A stretch of DNA of 64,000 nt from Octopus sinensis (taxonomy: Eukaryota): assembly GCF_006345805.1 (NCBI RefSeq), contig NC_043022.1:23870001-23934000 (forward strand), read 5' to 3'. The position numbers and the translations under genes were made by a program. Shown here piece after piece: positions 1 to 13,310 of the stretch. How positions within the stretch are numbered: position 1 is the stretch's first letter; each line of letters opens with the position of its first letter. The notes below the pieces were generated by a model. It was not told the DNA's origin and did no database searches. It saw only the letters and a program-made list of their open reading frames with translations.

Positions 1-309
1 TCTTTGTAAGCCTAGTACTTATTCTATCGGTCTCTTTTGCCGAACCGCTAAGGTACGGAGACGTAAACACACCAGCATCGGTTGTCAAGCGATGTTGGGT
101 GTGGGGGGACAAACACAACACACAAACATACACATATATATATATATACGACGGAGTTCTTTCAGTTTCCGTCTACCAAATCCACTCACAAGGCTTTGGT
201 CGGCCCGAGGCTATAGTAAAGACACTTGCCCAAGATGCCACGCAGTGGTACTGAACCCAGAACCATGTGGTTCGTAAGCAAGCTACTTACCACACAGCCA
301 CTCCTACGC

Positions 310-310
<1 letters not shown>
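1..310 (-). mobile_element. tRNA-headed SINE family A (octopus OR-type/CORE-like), tail cut by window edge
   Basis: Minus strand begins GGCGTAGGAGTGGCTGTGTGGTAAG with A-box and B-box-like motifs, then the cttgggcaagtgtc core-like motif and an internal (TA)n; about 20 related copies in the window. Confidence 0.85.
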
Positions 311-361
<51 letters not shown>

Positions 362-1369
362 TATATATATCGAGAGAGAGAGAGAGAGAGAGAAGATAGA
401 TAGATAGCTATAGATAATAATAATATATATATATATACACAACCATATATACACAACACACTCTCAAACATGCACATGTATGTATGTATATTCAGCTTTC
501 CTGAAACAATCATGCAATGTAGAAGCAGAGGTAGATAGAGACAGAGATACAGATATAGATAGATAAATAGAGAGAGAGAGGGTGAGAGAGCGAGAGAAAA
601 AGACAGAGAGAAACAGATAAAAAAGAGACAATAAATAAATACGTTACACGGTTATATAAACCAGAATCACCGTGTGACAAATATGCCATATAATAGCTAG
701 CTTGAAGCAGCTAGCTGTTTATTTTGCTGGTTAGTTTCGCATCTTCCAGTTGACTAAGCTAGTGCGTAACAACTTCCAACTTCCCATCATCTCAGTAGCC
801 AAGTCAGCTGGGCTCCCCCGTTGAGAATCATTCAAAGTGAAGTTTCACAACGTTAACGCCGGATACTCGCGTAATTTCGGCTTTAGTTAAATATAATTGT
901 CACAGTTTGTCGGCAACGGACTATCTTCTCTCTCTCCTTCACCATTGCAAGTCTATTATCCGCATCACGAAAAACAAAAATAATGAAATAAGTATTCAAT
1001 AGACGAATATATATATATATATATGTACATGCGCTATCACATAAAAATATAATAGCCAAACCAAACCAAACAAAGCAAAGCTATATCGATGTAAAAGGCA
1101 ATAAACAAACAAAAAATATAGTAATAATATTAGATATTATCAATTCTATTTTCTGTCACAAGGGCGGTTGATGAAAAAAAAGTAGTAACAATAACAATAA
1201 TAATCATACCGCCATGGTCGATAAAATAAGTACCAGTGAAGGACAGCAGACGATGTTTCACTAGTACTTAATTTATCGACCCTGGAAGGACGAAAGGCAA
1301 AGTTGACCTCAGCGGAATTTGAACTCAGAACGTAAAGATGGACGAAATTCTTCTAAATTAGCGAGGAAA

Positions 1370-1750
1370 GGCGGCGAGCTGGCAGAATCGTTAGCACGTC
1401 GGGTAAAATGCTTAGCGGCATTTCGTCTGTCTTTACGTTCTGAGTTCAAATTCCGCTGAGGTCGACTTTGCTTGTCATCCCTTTCGTGGTTGATTAATTA
1501 AGTGCCAGTGGAGTACTGGGATCGATGTAATCGACTTAACCCCTCCCTCAAAATTTCAGGCTTTGTGTCTATATTAGAAAGGATATTTCTTCTAACTCAC
1601 AACGTTCTGAGTTCAAATCCCACCGAGGTTAACTTTACCTTTTATCCTTTCGGGGATCGATGAATTATGTCCCAACTGAACACATGAGTCAGAGTAATCA
1701 ACTATCCCTTTTCTACCAAGTTTCAGGCCCTGTGCACATAATGGAAAGAA
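1370..1750 (+). mobile_element. SINE family B, one full copy plus a 5'-truncated copy (an inverted partial copy lies at ~1215-1350)
   Basis: Head GGCGGCGAGCTGGCAGAATCGTTAGCAC, B-box-like GAGTTCAAATTCC, body gtcgactttgc...ttaagtaccag; recurs at 13640, 21447 and 28091-29135. Confidence 0.8.
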
Positions 1751-1907
1751 TTATTTAAACCCAAGTTAACCTCGAGCAAACAGACCTTAGACCAAAGAAA
1801 TTGAAAATTAAAATACATGTAGATGACGATTTGGAGTTGTAGACGCCATATGACCCTTGGGGGCACATATAAGATTTTGTTGTTAAAATTTATGCATAGG
1901 CGCAGGC

Positions 1908-2515
1908 GTGGGTGTGTGGCAAGAAGCTTTCTTCGCAACTACATGGTTCCGAGTTCAATCCCAATGCGTGACACCTTGAGCAAGTATCTTCTACTATAGC
2001 CTCGGGCCGACCAAAGCCATGTGAGTGGATTTGGTAGATGGAAACTGAAAGAAGCCCGTCGTATATCTCTCTCTATATAAACGGCAGTTTGTCTGTGTGT
2101 GTGTCTCTATGTCTGTTAGGTTGTACCCTCACCCTGACCACGGCTTTCAACCGATTCTGATGAAACTTGACACACACATAGCCCAATGTCATAATTCAAA
2201 ACTAACGCAGCGAAAATTTTGAAAAGTTCCCCCAGTTCTGAAAAAAATTGATAAATTCGACATGGGGTCAAGAATCAGAAACACAAACCACAGACTGTCT
2301 AGGGGACGCAACTCCACCTTTTTAACTCTCAAAAAAATTTACCATCATCTTTTTTCCATTTGTTTGCTATTTTTTGGCTATAACTCTCTAAAAATGCTTT
2401 ATAGTTATTTCCCTTACAAACCCGAGCAACGCCGGGCGATACTGCTAGTATATTATATATGTATGTATTTGTCCCTACCCCATCGGTTGACAACCGACGT
2501 TGGTGTGCAGAAAGA
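1908..2515 (+). mobile_element. SINE family A interrupted by a Helitron
   Basis: Head at 1908-2065; body resumes at ~2465 (tttgtccctaccccatcggttgacaaccga). Confidence 0.8.
2072..2448 (+). mobile_element. Non-autonomous Helitron
   Basis: 5' TCTATATAAACGG, 3' hairpin cccgagcaacgccggg followed by CTAG|T; no TSD; same termini as 22880-23830. Confidence 0.85.
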
Positions 2516-3253
2516 AAACAGATAGAAAAAGGGGACAAAATTGGTGTGCGTGTGTGTGGGTATCTATGTATACACATACATACAATATATTTATCTATTT
2601 ATCTCTCTCTCTCCATATATATATATATATATATACGCACGCCTACACCCATATTTATGTATATACAGACATAGACAAACAGGTATTTATATACAATACA
2701 TTATATTACACACACACACTCATTTATCGAAATTGACTGGCTGGCAGACGACAACCGCCTGATTTCTCTGACATTCCGTACTCCATTGCTTGATGGTTGT
2801 CTCAAATAATGGCGCTAGTTGATTTAACGAGTAAAGCGTGAGCGACTAGATTGGGTGGTGAATCTAAGAACTGCTGAAGAAACAATTGTCTCCAATCCCA
2901 CTAACCATTAGAATTTTACCAGATTTATTTTCGAACATTTATATCATTTGTACCGATTGTTTTTTTTTAATTTTTTGTTTCTATAAAAAAAACAGTAAAA
3001 AAAAACGATTTTATTTATTTATCTATTTATTTTACTAATTATGTATATTTTTATTGTTTCTTTCCTTCAATTGTATTATCGTTTTTACCGTCGTTTACCA
3101 ACAACACTACCAACACCATAACCATCACCAACAACAGCAACAACACCACAACCACCACCACCACCACCACCGTCATTATATTATCATCATTATTATCACT
3201 ATTATTATTGTTGTTGCTGTTATTATTATTGTTGTTGTTGTTGTTATTATTAT

Positions 3254-3710
3254 TGAGTGAGCGAGCAGAGCATACCATCAAAGTGACACTGGGGTAAAAT
3301 ATACGAAGCACAGTATACCCATCATGACTACCCGTCTGATAAGGGTACACCAGGCACATGTATCACAACCATATGTGCGCGACATGGTGATCTCATATCA
3401 AGATAAACGGCGCATGACCTTGCAGGTGGGGCCCAGTTAGAATTTTCTTCTCGTCGAGTAGCCCATTCCGCTCAAAAGGTCCCTGAATAAGGGTTGCTTA
3501 AGGATGTTGAACGAACCACCTCTGTTTCCAAAGGTGAATTATCCAAACCTCTAAGAATTCCTTTCAACAGACGGCTATGATGCTCCCCCACGACTTCTGC
3601 TTGTGATCAGAGATGTACATATCGTCAGCCACTAAGGGACATGCTCAACTGCTTAAGGTCAAACAACTGACAAGCAAATCTTTGGTATTGAGCAGAATAT
3701 TTGCTGTTTT
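3254..3710 (-). mobile_element. Retroposed repeat with (AAT)n tail (LINE 3' end or SINE); partial second copy at 44408-44600
   Basis: Two similar copies, both ending on the minus strand in ...ctcaataataat tails. Confidence 0.6.
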
Positions 3711-3746
3711 ATTATTATTATTATTATCATCATCATCATCACCACC

Positions 3747-3780
<34 letters not shown>

Positions 3781-5649
3781 TCATTATTATTATTATTATT
3801 AATTGTATTATCATTGTTATTGTTATTATTATCACGTCATTACTTCATTTCTTGTTTTTATTTTTACTTTTCAGTGCTGGTGTTGTTGTTGTTGCTGTTA
3901 TTTTTGTTATTGTTGTTGCCTGTTCTAAGTCACATTGTTGTGTAGCATTCACGTACGCCTGTGTGCACGCATGTATATGTATACGTATATGAGTGTGTAC
4001 ACGTACACACGTATGTGTGTATAGCTTCGTTTTGTTGTTTGTATAAAACGAATATTTTTTTTTAAAGGATTTATTCATTTATTTACTTTTTCTTTTCCAT
4101 TTTCGTTGTTAATATTATTCCATTGATTTTTGTTTGTCGTTTTTAAACTTCTGTTTCTCTTAATCGTCTGCCTCGCTTATAATTTCCGCCATTATCAGCT
4201 CGCACGTGAACATGTGTACATGCGTGTAGAACGTGGATGAATGAATAATGATTGGAGAATGGGTGTTGGTAAGTTGAATTCTTGCCGGATGCTGTGATGT
4301 GCAAATAGGTGGCGGTCGACAGAGTTAGTGTTTCAATCGTGATAAGCCTGCTATTTGGTTGCGGTGTGGTCGTTCCGTGGGTCGGTCGGTCGGTCGATTG
4401 CACGGTCTGTCGACTGGTCGGCTGGTTGGTTAATGATGGCAAAGGGTCAAATTAAATTTGACCTTGCTCCATACGTCTCATCCCAACGCCGCACCAACGT
4501 TCATCTCTGAATGAAATAACAATACAAAATATTTTTAAAAAAGGCAAAAGACAGAAAAAATAACCAGCAAGAAAGCAGCTAATGTTTGCATTTCTTTAAA
4601 AACTAAATGTGTTGTTCAGCCATATCCTTCTCCCATAAATTTGTCGTATTTTGTGTCTATTTTGAATTTTTTGTTTTAATTTTTGTCATTTTCATCCTCT
4701 GGAAGGGAGAGTCGATATGGAGAGTGATGGTGTTGGTGGGGGCGGTGGTGGTGGTGGTGGAGATATTTGATGGTGATGATGACGGTAGTGGTGGTGTCGG
4801 TGGTGGTGATGATGGTAGTGGTGGTGGTAATGGTGGTGATGGTACTAACGGTGGTGGTAGAGGTTGTTGATGGTAATGATAATATTGGTGGTGGTGGTGG
4901 TGGTGGTGGTGGTAGTAGCAGGGATTTGGGTGCTGGATAATGAGAGCTTGAAATATAAAAGGGAGGTGGGAGATATTAAAAGTTCTCATGAATATATATT
5001 ATGAATAATGTTACCTTCCTTTCAACTCCGACCACAACCATCACTACCAAGTACCTCCAGCCACTACCACCACCACACCACCACCACCATCGTTATCACC
5101 ACCATTACTACAATTACCTCTACCAACACCATTACCATCACACCACCATCACCACCATTACTACAATTACCTCTTCCACTACCACCACCATCGCCATCGT
5201 TACCACAATCACCACTACTACCACCACCACTGCCACCACCACCGTCACCTTCATTACCTCTATCACCACTTCTACCACCAACAACAACAACACTACTGCC
5301 ACCACAATCACCACCATCATTCCCATCAGCACTATCACCTCCACCACAACTACCACCACAACAACTACCACCACCACAACTACCACCACAACTATCACCA
5401 CCACAACTACCACCACCACAACTACCACCACCACAACTTCCACCACCTACGCCACTATTTCTACCACCATCTGTACACTACTTATTGGGGGGTGAACATC
5501 CCCTTATTAAGACGAATAGAGATGCATATAAATACCACGATGCATGTATATTATCTCTATCTTTCTTTTATACTAATCAAACTACACCCGAAAGTGGGGC
5601 CTTGGTTTGAGAATTCCAAGAACAATGCTTAGCCCTTATTATTCCCAAG

Positions 5650-5870
5650 TCTACTCTTAGCATATTAGGGCTTGCCCTAACTATGCGTGTGAAGACTGGA
5701 TGCAGCGGACTCCGTGGAAGTGCCCTTCATGGTTCAATAGAGAAGGCAGTTACAGTAACGCATCGTGGAGTGCTAAGAGCAAGATGTGGCAAGTCAGACA
5801 TCTTGGTTATCTACTGCATCCGTCTCCAATGTCTTGCCACTGGATTGAAGATGGTCACGGATGAGAGAGA
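5650..5870 (+). mobile_element. Probable RTE-type LINE 3' fragment; related copy at 42710-42960 (-)
   Basis: Shared ~200-bp similarity between the two loci; degenerate stop-riddled frame RLDAADSVE...RIVEC. Confidence 0.4.
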
Positions 5871-6612
5871 AAGAGAAATGTTCCGGCTTTGTGAATTCTA
5901 GGACTCATACGTCCTTTCATTTAGGTGTGGGTTTCTAAGTATTTGTAAGTCTGTGTTTATCTCATAATTATAGTATTTTTAATATTTTTTTTCTAATTTG
6001 AATCTCGTGTCAATTTCCGTAGTAAACCATGAACTGTCTGAAGCTGTGTTTCTAATTGTTTAACATTGGTGTCATCTAAAGAGAAAACGTAGTTAACTGT
6101 CCTCTTCAATTTGTTGATTGCATCCGTCTCTTTTTTGTTTAAATGTATTAAGACAGACAGGAGAAAAGCAAACAGAAATTAACACATATACAGAGAGAGA
6201 GAGAGAGAGAAACAGAGAGTGAGAAAAGGAAAAACAGAGAAAGAGAGACAGTCCTCTTGAAATATTCCTCTTCAAATGGACTTAATATATATAATTGCAT
6301 TCCTTTTTTGTAGTCGTGGCTCCCTATTGAAGTCGGCTACTGCAACTTTCTTGCAGTTTCTGAGATAGTTCTGCAAAACATAGTTCTGGAACCGAAACAA
6401 CTGAAGTAAGGCCTTCAAGGAGATAAGCACAGCAGCTGAAACAAGCTCAAAGTGAGTATGGCTGAAAAGAGACCGCAAGTGGAACCTTTCCGTAGATGAA
6501 GACTCTTGCAGTCCTCGCTGCCCTATTCAAGTGAAGCGTTTTTGGCTAATGGGCGAAACGCTTGTGAACTTGAAATATTTGATGACGATACGGAAGAGTT
6601 GCCATCACTTTG

Positions 6613-6808
6613 ATGGATTAAGAAGGGCTTGCAAAACATCCGAATAACTCCTGCTGTTTCTACGTGGAGTAAAGCATATCCGAGGTTTCGTTTATTTATT
6701 ATTGCTACTATCTTTTTAATTGCTATGATTCCCGGATCCACGTGTGGAGAAAACTGTGGAAAGCTTTCTCCTTGTCAATCCATGCGGTTCGGTAAAAGTG
6801 ATCGATAG
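6613..6808 (+). CDS. Candidate secreted peptide precursor exon (signal peptide + ENCGKLSPCQSMRF-G-K); needs a 1-nt frameshift fix at ~6617 or an upstream exon
   Basis: Open frame 6614-6808: WIKKGLQNIRITPAVSTWSKAYPRFRLFIIATIFLIAMIPGSTCGENCGKLSPCQSMRFGKSDR*; ATG at 6613 is one base out of frame; acceptor-like tttttttgtag ends at 6313; possible donor GTAAAAGT at 6792. Confidence 0.35.
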
Positions 6809-7228
6809 AAGAAGAATCAGGTTTAAAATATCGATAAGTACCGATGAGGATGATGATAATCATGATGACAGCAGTGGTGGTCATATTGGGGTAACGATGC
6901 AGCGGGCGATGAAGATGATGGCGACGACTACAACAACAACCGACGATGATGGATTGTGTGGACATTGAAGATGACGATGAGAAGGAAAGGGAGCAGCAGA
7001 ATATTGAAGAATAGAGAAAGAAGGGAAGAATGACGATCATGGGCAACAGAAGCAGAAGAACGGTGGTAGTAGTGGTGGTGGTGGTGGTGGTGGTGGTGAT
7101 GGTGGTGGTGGAGGAGGCGACGGTGGCGACTGTGCAGCAAGTTGCAGCTGCTGCAGCACCTCCAGAGAGACATATTCTCGAAATTTATTCAGGAAATAAA
7201 AACAAATTACTTCGCTGTGGGGTGAACC

Positions 7229-7259
<31 letters not shown>

Positions 7260-7316
7260 TGTATGTATGTATGTATGTATGTATGTATGTATGTATGTAT
7301 GTATGTATGTATGTAT

Positions 7317-7358
<42 letters not shown>

Positions 7359-7367
7359 GTATATATA

Positions 7368-7448
<81 letters not shown>

Positions 7449-8026
7449 ATATATGTGGATGGATGCATGTATGTATTACTTAACACGTTTTTCTGTCTAT
7501 TATTAACGACCTTAAAACAGACATCCGACAAGGCATTTTCAACGCTAACAAATCATTCAATTTTTCTACTGTATTTTTGTTCCGCCATTTCTTAATTTCT
7601 TTTTTTGTGAGGAATTCCACACAGACACATACACACACACACACATACAAACGTATATACGTTCTTTTCTTTTTCGTTACAAAACATGTGTGAGTCTCTT
7701 TACCACATTTCATTTTGATTACAGACATTTACAAACTCTGACCTTTGTAACGTGCCCAACAAAGTTGACGTCGCCTTTCAGCTATACATCTTCCTACGCC
7801 ATTTTCTTTTTCTTTTTCTCTGTCATGTAATATATTTTGATTTTCGTTTTATTTCGTTTCGTTTCCGACATTGTTTATTGTTTCATTTTAATCTAGTTAC
7901 TTTCTTCACATTTTTTTTGTTGAAGGGAAAAAAAAAGCATAAGGGGTGTGTTTGTTTTATATAGTGATTATTTAGCAGTGCGTCCCCTTCCTTCTTATAT
8001 TCTTCTTCTTCTTCTTCTTCTTCTTC

Positions 8027-8091
<65 letters not shown>

Positions 8092-8385
8092 TACGAAATG
8101 AAATAATTCAAGATGTTCGTTGATTACGGGGAAGAGCCGAGGCTTGCAAAAACAAATATTATTAATAATAACAATAACAGCAATAGCGTTGATGATGATG
8201 ATGATGATGACGACTATGATGATGACGATGATGATGACGACAACAATGATAATAATAAATATTTGTTCGTGCCCACCCTTCCAGAAAATTAACACGCCGT
8301 TAAATTTTCTTTGTTTTATATTTATTTATTTTTGGGTATGTATATACATTATATACATACAAACCTTTAAAATGCATATCGTATA

Positions 8386-8438
<53 letters not shown>

Positions 8439-8515
8439 GGAGAGAGAGAGAGCGAGAAAGAGAGACGCTAGCTACTAAACCTTTTTCTATTCCTCTCCCT
8501 GTTTATTTCTCTGTT

Positions 8516-8553
8516 CCTTTCTGTCCAAGAGCGTAGGCTCGAAACGTAAAAGA
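8516..8553 (+). ncRNA. Minimal type I hammerhead-like motif, variant core (family C)
   Basis: CCTTT-CTGTCCA-A-GAGC(gtag)GCTC-GAAA-CGTA-AAAGA; the element continues to (TA)n at ~8645. Confidence 0.5.
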
Positions 8554-8869
8554 CTTTCTTACTTCCCGAGCGTTAAACTAATACATCTGTTTGTTGTTTA
8601 CACACCCGTCTTCGTCTTTTATTTTGTTTTGTAAATTCTCACTATATGTATATATATATATATATTATATTATATTATATTATATAAAAGTCAATGTTTG
8701 TGTGTTCGTGTGTTGCTATAGTGACTCAATTCATATCGGTCTTGAGGTATGGAATTACCTCATTTAGATATTTTTATGTAAGAATGTATATGCATACATA
8801 CGTACACCTATACACACATGTGTATATATGTGTGTGTGTGCGTATGTATGTATATATATATATACATAT

Positions 8870-9140
8870 CTTTTACATGTTTTACTTGTTTCAGTCATTT
8901 GACTGCGGCCATGCTGGAGCACCGCCTTTAGTCGAGCAAATCGACCCCAGTAAGCCTAGTACTTACTATATCGGCCTCTTTTGCCGAACCGCTAAGTTAC
9001 GGGGACGTAAACACATCAGCATCGGTTGTCAAGCGGGGTCGATAAATTAAATACCAGTTACGCACTGGGAGTCGATGTAATCGACTTAATTCGTTTGTTT
9101 GTCCCCCTCTGTGTTTAGCCCCTTGTGGGTAATAAAGAAA
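8870..9140. mobile_element. Fused SINE A tail (-) and SINE B tail (+)
   Basis: 8870-9035 matches the family A 3' half reversed; 9035-9140 matches the family B 3' part. Confidence 0.7.
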
Positions 9141-10624
9141 CATATACGTATACACATATATACACAAGTATGTATGTATATATTTGTATATATACACACA
9201 ATCACACGCACACATATAAATCAGTTGAGTTATGGTAACACAAAATGGCAGTCTGTTGCTTTATATTCCTGATTAAATCGAGAAAGAGCGAGAGACAGAC
9301 AGACAGACAGAGACAGTGAAAGAGAGAGAAAGAGATGTGATTATGCGAATGAAGGCAACAAAGTGTGAGAAAGTGAATTAGTGGAAAGTAAAGATGAATG
9401 GGAGGGGCAGGCATGGTGTTCGGTCGTAATGAATTTGGTAAGTATGAGTGAGTCAATGTCAGTAATGTGTGTAATAAGAGAGGAAGAGATTCTAATTAGC
9501 GAAGTAGTGGGACTTGAGGAAGAGGGGGAGGGAGACAATGAAACTGCGAGGAAGAGAGATAGAGAAAGAGAGAAAGTGTATGTGTGTGGTATTGGATGTA
9601 GCGGAGGAGTAGGGGGTAACAGAGAGAGATAAGGAAGAAGGGTAAATGATGATTAGGAGGGAAATGATGAGGAGTGGGAGAAGGTAGAGGACGCGAGTGA
9701 AGAAACAGAGTAGAAATGAAGAAGAAGAAGAAGTGGAGGAGGAAGAAGAAGAAGAAGTGGAAGAAGAAGAAGAAGGAGAAGTGGAAGAAGAAGAAGACAG
9801 CAGTAGTAGCTTTGAGATGAAAGAAAAATGAAGAGAGAATAAGAAAACTATACAGCAGGAAAAGTGGATAGATTAATTAAGAAACAGCGAGAATTAGAAC
9901 GAGATTATGACGACTGAGAAACGAGAAGCGAAAAGAATGTTCTGAAGTTTCAAGAAGTCAACATAACAACAACATATCAAAAGAACAAACTAGATAATTA
10001 AATAATAAAAATAATAAGTGGACTTGATGCACATACGTGCATATATATATATATATCTACACACATACATATGGAGGAATATGAGAGGGAGGGGCGAAGA
10101 TAGAAACAAAGAAAAAGAAATATATATACGTTTTGTGTTGTATTTAAGTCTAACGTCTGCTTCTTCCATTTTTTTTCGCGCGAATATTTTCTTTTGTTTT
10201 TTAATATATTTGTTTTCTTTTATGGGCTTTTCCCCTCCTTTTTTTCTGTGGTGAAGGTGGTGGGGGAAAATTCTTTCAGCGTGCAATTGGAACTGACGTT
10301 AAACTAGATTCTTACATATGTTTCATGTTGTTATTTACGTCTACTTTTAAAGATTAGAGGGGAAAGAAATACAGAGAGGTAGAGAGAAGGAGCGAGGAGA
10401 GCCGGAAAGGTGATAGTGGTGGTAGGGGGTTGCTCCCCGTATTTATTATGTTAAATTATCTTATCTTATGCTTTATGTTTCTTTTAATACTGTTTATAAC
10501 ATTTTTACTGTTTTACTACAGCACTCGTTTCAGATAGTGGACTGCGGCCAGACTGGTGCCTGATCATATCGATTACTCACCGCCCACCCATGTACTTCTT
10601 ACAATCTGATACTTTTAAAGATTA

Positions 10625-10658
<34 letters not shown>

Positions 10659-11059
10659 GTGTGTGTGTGTGTGGGTGTAAGAGATGGCGAGACAAAGACA
10701 GACAGAAAGAAGGGAGAGAGAGACTATTCTGTATTTGTTATAGATTATGCTTATATATTTATATCTTTCAGTTTGTTTTTTTAAAGTTCCTTCAATCATT
10801 GAACTGCGGCCATGCGGGGACACCGCCTTAAAGGGTTCTGTCATCTACATTATCCCCAGTACACTTTTTAAGCCTAGTACTTTTTGCATTGGTACCTTTT
10901 AGTCGAACCACCAAATTAAGGAGCCGTAAACAAACCGAGACTAGTTGTCACGTGGTAGTAGGAGAGAAACGCAAATAGAAGCACATACAGACACATTCAT
11001 ACACACACACACACACACATACACATACACACACATACACACACACACACACCACACAT

Positions 11060-11128
<69 letters not shown>

Positions 11129-11309
11129 ACGGGCTTTTTCAGTTTCTTATCCTTTGGTCAGCCCGGGGCAATAATGGATACACTTGCCTAAGGTGCCGCG
11201 TGATGGACTGAACCCAAGCCCCCTGCAAGATTGGGAAGCAATCTTCTACGTCACAGCCGTGCTTACAACTGTGTGTGTGTCTGTCTGTGTTAATGTGTAT
11301 GCATGTATT

Positions 11310-11504
11310 ACGTACTAATACATACTAATACATACTAATACATACACCAACCCTATACATACACACGTCCAGACCCCTCATACGCACTTATACTCTCTCA
11401 TACACACACACTTATACATACTAATACGTACTAATACATACTAATACATACACCAACCCCTTACATACGCACGTCCAGACCTATCCTACGCACTAATACT
11501 CTCT

Positions 11505-11547
<43 letters not shown>

Positions 11548-11640
11548 ATACATACTAATACATACTAATACATACACCAACCCTATACATACACACGTCC
11601 AGACCCCTCCTACGCACTAATAGCTGGTCATTCAACCCTA
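11310..11640. repeat. Three ~110-125 bp tandem units (catactaata/catacaccaaccctatacatacacacgtccagacc)
   Basis: Unit anchor catacaccaa at 11341, 11447 and 11571. Confidence 0.8.
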
Positions 11641-11932
11641 TTATCAACCCTATTATCTCCCCTTATTTCGCTCTCGCGTCTCATGTTTGATCTTTGACCT
11701 CTGGCCGAAATCAGATCGCCATGTTGATTCGTTAGTTACTGCAACGCACCTTTTTTTCTCTCCTTCTTTCTGTGTTTTTTTTTCTCTCTGTGTATCTTTC
11801 TGTTGAAGAGCGGTGGCTCGAAACGTTAAAGACTTGTTTTATTTATATTTCCTGAGCGCCATACTAATACAATTGTTTGTTTGTTTTCCACCTGCCTTCG
11901 TCTTTTGTCTATTTTCATAAGCTTCCCGTTAA
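11570..11932 (+). mobile_element. Non-autonomous HHR-bearing element (family C, long form); near-identical copy at 15025-15395
   Basis: ~370 bp shared; variant HHR at 11795-11832 and 15256-15293; both copies end at (TA)n. Confidence 0.7.
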
Positions 11933-11967
11933 TTATATATATATATATAATATTATATATGTATGTG

Positions 11968-12021
<54 letters not shown>

Positions 12022-12131
12022 GTATATATATGTATGTGTATATATATATTGTATATATGTATATATATGTGTATATATATATATATATGTATATATATGT
12101 GTATATATATATATGTATATATATATATATG

Positions 12132-12174
<43 letters not shown>

Positions 12175-12448
12175 CATACATATATATGTATATATATGTT
12201 ATATGTATAGCTATGGCAGTCACTTTGCCTCTTACTCGGATTTTCAGAAATTTTGCATGACTGTATCCGAAAATTTCTTCACACAACTTGATTAAAAATT
12301 CAATATGAGCTATATGTAGACATGCACAAATTCTGTAAGTTTAAAACCTTTCATCGGATCTCCATGAATCGAACTTTCTTCAATGCAGTTAATCTTACAA
12401 CCTCTTTTGTATCTACCCCTTTTGATGTTTGGGAATTCTCTGATGTTT

Positions 12449-12536
12449 TTTCGGCTGACGAGTACGAGCCATCTGTATTCACTGCATTTTTTGTAGCTTA
12501 TTAAAGATGCCCTCGTACGAAACGACCGTACCGAGA
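12449..12536 (+). ncRNA. Canonical type I hammerhead ribozyme
   Basis: Stem I TTTCGG/CCGAGA; core CTGACGA 12455-12461; stem II GTACGAG/CTCGTAC; GAAA 12519-12522; stem III ACG/CGT; predicted cleavage after GUA at 12530. Confidence 0.85.
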
Positions 12537-13084
12537 TTTTAATCCATTCTTGTTGCTTTTTTCCTATTTTTAATCACCCCACTTGTCGTATGGTTAACAC
12601 CATATAGATTTCCGGTGCATCCTAGTTAAGGACCATATTCATGTGAATTCTTTAGAATTCACTTGAATCTCAATTACTTAACCGAATATATGTATATATG
12701 CATATAATGAGTACAGGACGTCACAAAACGTAAACAATACGAAATACGAAACCAACATGAAATACGAAGACAAACTTGGGTATGCAAACAACGAGAGTGA
12801 CAAATGGAAAACAAGACAAGTAACATAACAACCCTTCATCAGTTGGCTGCTGTCCATCTACTCCTGATTTGAGGCCTCCGTTTGAATTGCAGACCTTATG
12901 GTATACACGGCATTGACATACATACATAGATACAGACAGATATACATACATACATAGTAGAGTGGCTTCTTTTTTGTATATGAGTAAAACCATTGCTAGA
13001 AAGAATCATTGAAATGAGTCATTGATAATGCAATGTGTGGCCCTTATATGACTCTTGAGTCCCGCCAAGGATTTGCGCATTTTA

Positions 13085-13310
13085 TTACATAATGCCCAGT
13101 TGTGCTGGCTGGCAGAAGGAACCAGTGCCACAGTATGAAGTGTTTTTGACATGTCTTTTTAAACCGCCAACTGAACGGCACGGCTTTCCCCAGGTTGCAC
13201 GTGTTCTGTTGTGAGCAATAGCTGTCTCACAATGTACAAGGGGTCGATTCTTGTGGTTTCTTTGATGGCTGACCAGGCCTACATAATTCACACATTTCTT
13301 CTTAAGAATA
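13085..13310 (-). mobile_element. Probable RTE-clade LINE C-terminal zinc-finger remnant
   Basis: NYVGLVSHQRNH...GKPCRSVGGLKRHVK resembles the GLxSHxRxH fingers at RTE ORF ends. Confidence 0.45.

Noticed and set aside
650-700. TATA box and first exon for the 6314 candidate gene
   Set aside because: TATA-like strings are ubiquitous here, and no convincing donor was found
4657-5610. His/Thr/Pro-rich ORFs
   Set aside because: Open in several frames and on both strands because of (CAC/ACC)n trinucleotide degeneracy; no domain or splice support
6755-6775. CGKLSPC resembling the calcitonin ring CGNLSTC
   Set aside because: No preceding dibasic site and no ~32-residue peptide ending in Pro-amide; probably coincidental
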